Shown here one piece after another: positions 62,215 to 64,000 of a DNA stretch of 64,000 bases (its first letter is position 1; each line of letters opens with the position of its first letter). This DNA comes from Bacilli bacterium (lineage in GTDB: Bacteria > Bacillota_I > Bacilli_A > RFN20 > CAG-826), in assembly GCA_022641095.1 (NCBI GenBank), contig JALCDB010000006.1, positions 3,423 through 67,422 of the forward strand, in the 5' to 3' direction. The notes under the pieces were generated by a model. That model was not told the origin of the DNA. It ran no database searches and was given only the letters and a program-made list of their open reading frames with translations. The position numbers and the translations under genes were made by a program.

Positions 62215-64000
62215 GCCTGGACGCTCCTCGTGAAGACGGCGTAGCTATTGAAGTAGTTGCCGTCCTCATCGACGTAGTATTCGCCGAGGACATCTTCGTA
62301 GTTCTCTTCGTATTGGCTCCAGTCCATGGTGTCCTTCGCGAGGCCCAGCCAAATCGCTTCGGGATCACCGCCGCTCGCTTCGGCATAGTTCATTTCCCCG
62401 ACAAGGGACGTCGAAGAGTCGCCGGATTTTTCGCCTTTGAAACTGACTGTGAAATCGTGGTTGAAACTGCTTTCGACATAATCGTAGCCAAATTCATAAG
62501 TGGCGCTGCCAACGACAACGTAGCCATAATAAGGAGCATTAGCTAAGTAATAGGATAAAGAAGGGTCGACTTTGCTGTCGGTAAGAGTGAGAGTGGCGTG
62601 AGCCGAGGAGCATTTCCAAGTTCCCACCATATTCGCCCGGGAGTAGTCGGTTTTAAGCAGGACAACCGCAAACACGCTCGGGGTCACTTCCGAAGCGTAA
62701 TGGGAAGTGCGGACAGTCAAGGTGATCTTCGTTCCATCGGCGGGAGCGACCATATTCGTGGCATCGAAAAGGATATCCTTTTTGCTGGGGTCGGTTGCCG
62801 AAGCGACGATGGAGACCTTTAGTCCGGTCGTGTCATTCGACAGGGAAAGGGTCGTGTCGGCGGGAACGGCGCAGGCGCCGCTGCCGTCATAGGCCATCGC
62901 GCCAAGCTGGTAGCGACGGACATGCTTTTCGTAAACCAAGGCTTGGTTAGCCGTCTCGCCATCGTCGTTAGCGCCTTCGTAGCCATAAGGAAGAGTCAAA
63001 TTGAAGTCACGAATCTCTTTGGTATAGGCGACGTTGACGGTGACCTTCGCCACGATATCCTTGGTCGAAGAGTTGCTGATAGATAGTTCGGCTGAGCCGA
63101 CGGAACGGGCATTCCATTTGTTATAAACATCGTCGTAAGCGATAACGGCTTCGTCGGAACTGGCCTGAATCTGGTACTGCCAGCCATCCAAAGCCGTCGC
63201 CGGAGCGATATTCAGCGCCAAATAGTCGGACGGATCGTCGCCGGAATTGATGGTTGCCTCTTGGCTAGTGGCTTTGTTCTCGATGACGGGAGCAAGGGAG
63301 GAAACAAAGTAGGGCGTTGCGTCGAAAGGATTCAAATCGTCGCTAGGATCGCCATAGGAATAGGCGAAGGCAAGCCGCTTGGCGACGATGCCATCCCCGA
63401 TGATCTTGAAATTCGTGAAATCGTAAGACTTTTCGGTATAGTGGGTATCGAGATAGTCACCGCTTAGAATCGAGCCGGCCGAGGTGAAAGTGAGATTGAC
63501 GCTATATTCGTCATGGTACTTCACGACATCGGTGTTGGAAGAAACGGCGGTCGAATCGTAGGTGCTGGAAGAGACGATCGAGGTCGAGAAGGTGCCATCA
63601 TCGTTTTTATCCGAAGCAATCGCGACAGCCGCTTGGGTGATCTCGTCCTGAATCGTCTTGGCGACCCGATAGGAATACATGATATCGAAGTCAAGGGACC
63701 TCATATCGTGAGAATAGTTGTCGAGATCGAAAGCCGCGATATTCGAATTCACGAATTGCCGGTCGGGATCGAATTCCAGATCGTCCGTCGCATCGCCCCG
63801 ATCCTCATCGACATCACTGATTTTGTAGCGGCCTGAAAATTTGGTGACATCACCGGCCCGAGTCGGATCGGCCGACCCATCGGCGTGGTTTCCTTCGGTG
63901 TAGGTATCAGCCACCGAATAGACGCCATCCTTTATTTGCTTGTAGACAAAAGCGAGATCGCTCTTGTCGGAAAGCCTTTTGACCGTCGCATACGTTTTGT
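62211..64000 (-). CDS. secreted or surface protein of unknown function, N-terminus outside the window
   Basis: The track ORF starts at an internal GTG (63914). The frame stays open to the window end (..KTYATVKRLSDKSDLAFVYKQIKDGVYSVADTY..). Confidence 0.65.
   Translation of the reverse strand, partial: KTYATVKRLSDKSDLAFVYKQIKDGVYSVADTYTEGNHADGSADPTRAGDVTKFSGRYKISDVDEDRGDATDDLEFDPDRQFVNSNIAAFDLDNYSHDMRSLDFDIMYSYRVAKTIQDEITQAAVAIASDKNDDGTFSTSIVSSSTYDSTAVSSNTDVVKYHDEYSVNLTFTSAGSILSGDYLDTHYTEKSYDFTNFKIIGDGIVAKRLAFAYSYGDPSDDLNPFDATPYFVSSLAPVIENKATSQEATINSGDDPSDYLALNIAPATALDGWQYQIQASSDEAVIAYDDVYNKWNARSVGSAELSISNSSTKDIVAKVTVNVAYTKEIRDFNLTLPYGYEGANDDGETANQALVYEKHVRRYQLGAMAYDGSGACAVPADTTLSLSNDTTGLKVSIVASATDPSKKDILFDATNMVAPADGTKITLTVRTSHYASEVTPSVFAVVLLKTDYSRANMVGTWKCSSAHATLTLTDSKVDPSLSYYLANAPYYGYVVVGSATYEFGYDYVESSFNHDFTVSFKGEKSGDSSTSLVGEMNYAEASGGDPEAIWLGLAKDTMDWSQYEENYEDVLGEYYVDEDGNYFNSYAVFTRSVQA

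Noticed and set aside
1-64000. An alternative genetic code (for example TGA=Trp), considered because of the lipoprotein-rich, possibly Mollicutes-like character.
   Set aside because: Many well-supported genes terminate at TGA, including the recurrent ATGA stop/start overlaps. Family-length proteins are obtained with the standard bacterial code.

Overview
The window appears to come from a moderate-GC bacterium that uses strong AGGAGG Shine-Dalgarno sites. Most of its exported proteins carry a lipobox (L-x-x-C), and many adjacent genes are joined by ATGA stop/start overlaps. I see four blocks. (1) nt 1-5.5 kb holds the 3' two-thirds of an RHS/YD-repeat polymorphic toxin gene. It is followed by three head-to-tail, visibly GC-richer paralogous lipoprotein genes that I read as a candidate immunity array. 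(2) nt 5.6-42.6 kb is a very large glycan-utilisation supercluster. It contains three LacI-family regulators, one ABC sugar importer (binding protein plus two permeases, no ATPase) and a cytoplasmic GH38 alpha-mannosidase with a HAD hydrolase. It also has mannose-6-P isomerase with a ROK kinase, a surface GH127-like enzyme, a secreted GH172/DUF2961-like enzyme and four GxGYxYP-family paralogs, one of which has lost the family motifs. Several large non-catalytic lipoproteins are built from Fn3-like, beta-trefoil-like and an unassigned repeated module. A recurring palindrome, GAAAACCGGTTTTC, sits between the -10 box and the RBS of several operons. (3) nt 42.6-56.4 kb is an AT-richer accessory, defence-like island. 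It encodes an ORC/Arch-type ATPase, a MerR-Zn-ribbon regulator and a frameshifted ABC exporter. It also encodes an AlbA_2/HATPase_c_4 (Schlafen-like) protein with a disrupted start, and a class II Fic protein. The last gene pair is a 1262-aa SF1 (UvrD-like) helicase with novel N-terminal domains, overlapping a small coiled-coil gene. That pair is my best candidate for an undescribed system. (4) nt 56.4-64 kb is a minus-strand operon of four secreted or lipoprotein surface proteins, the last one running off the window. I recognised no rRNA, tRNA, CRISPR array, transposase or integrase. CDS ends are anchored on the supplied ORF track, with starts moved in multiples of 3. Coordinates of short motifs were read by eye and may be off by 1 nt.
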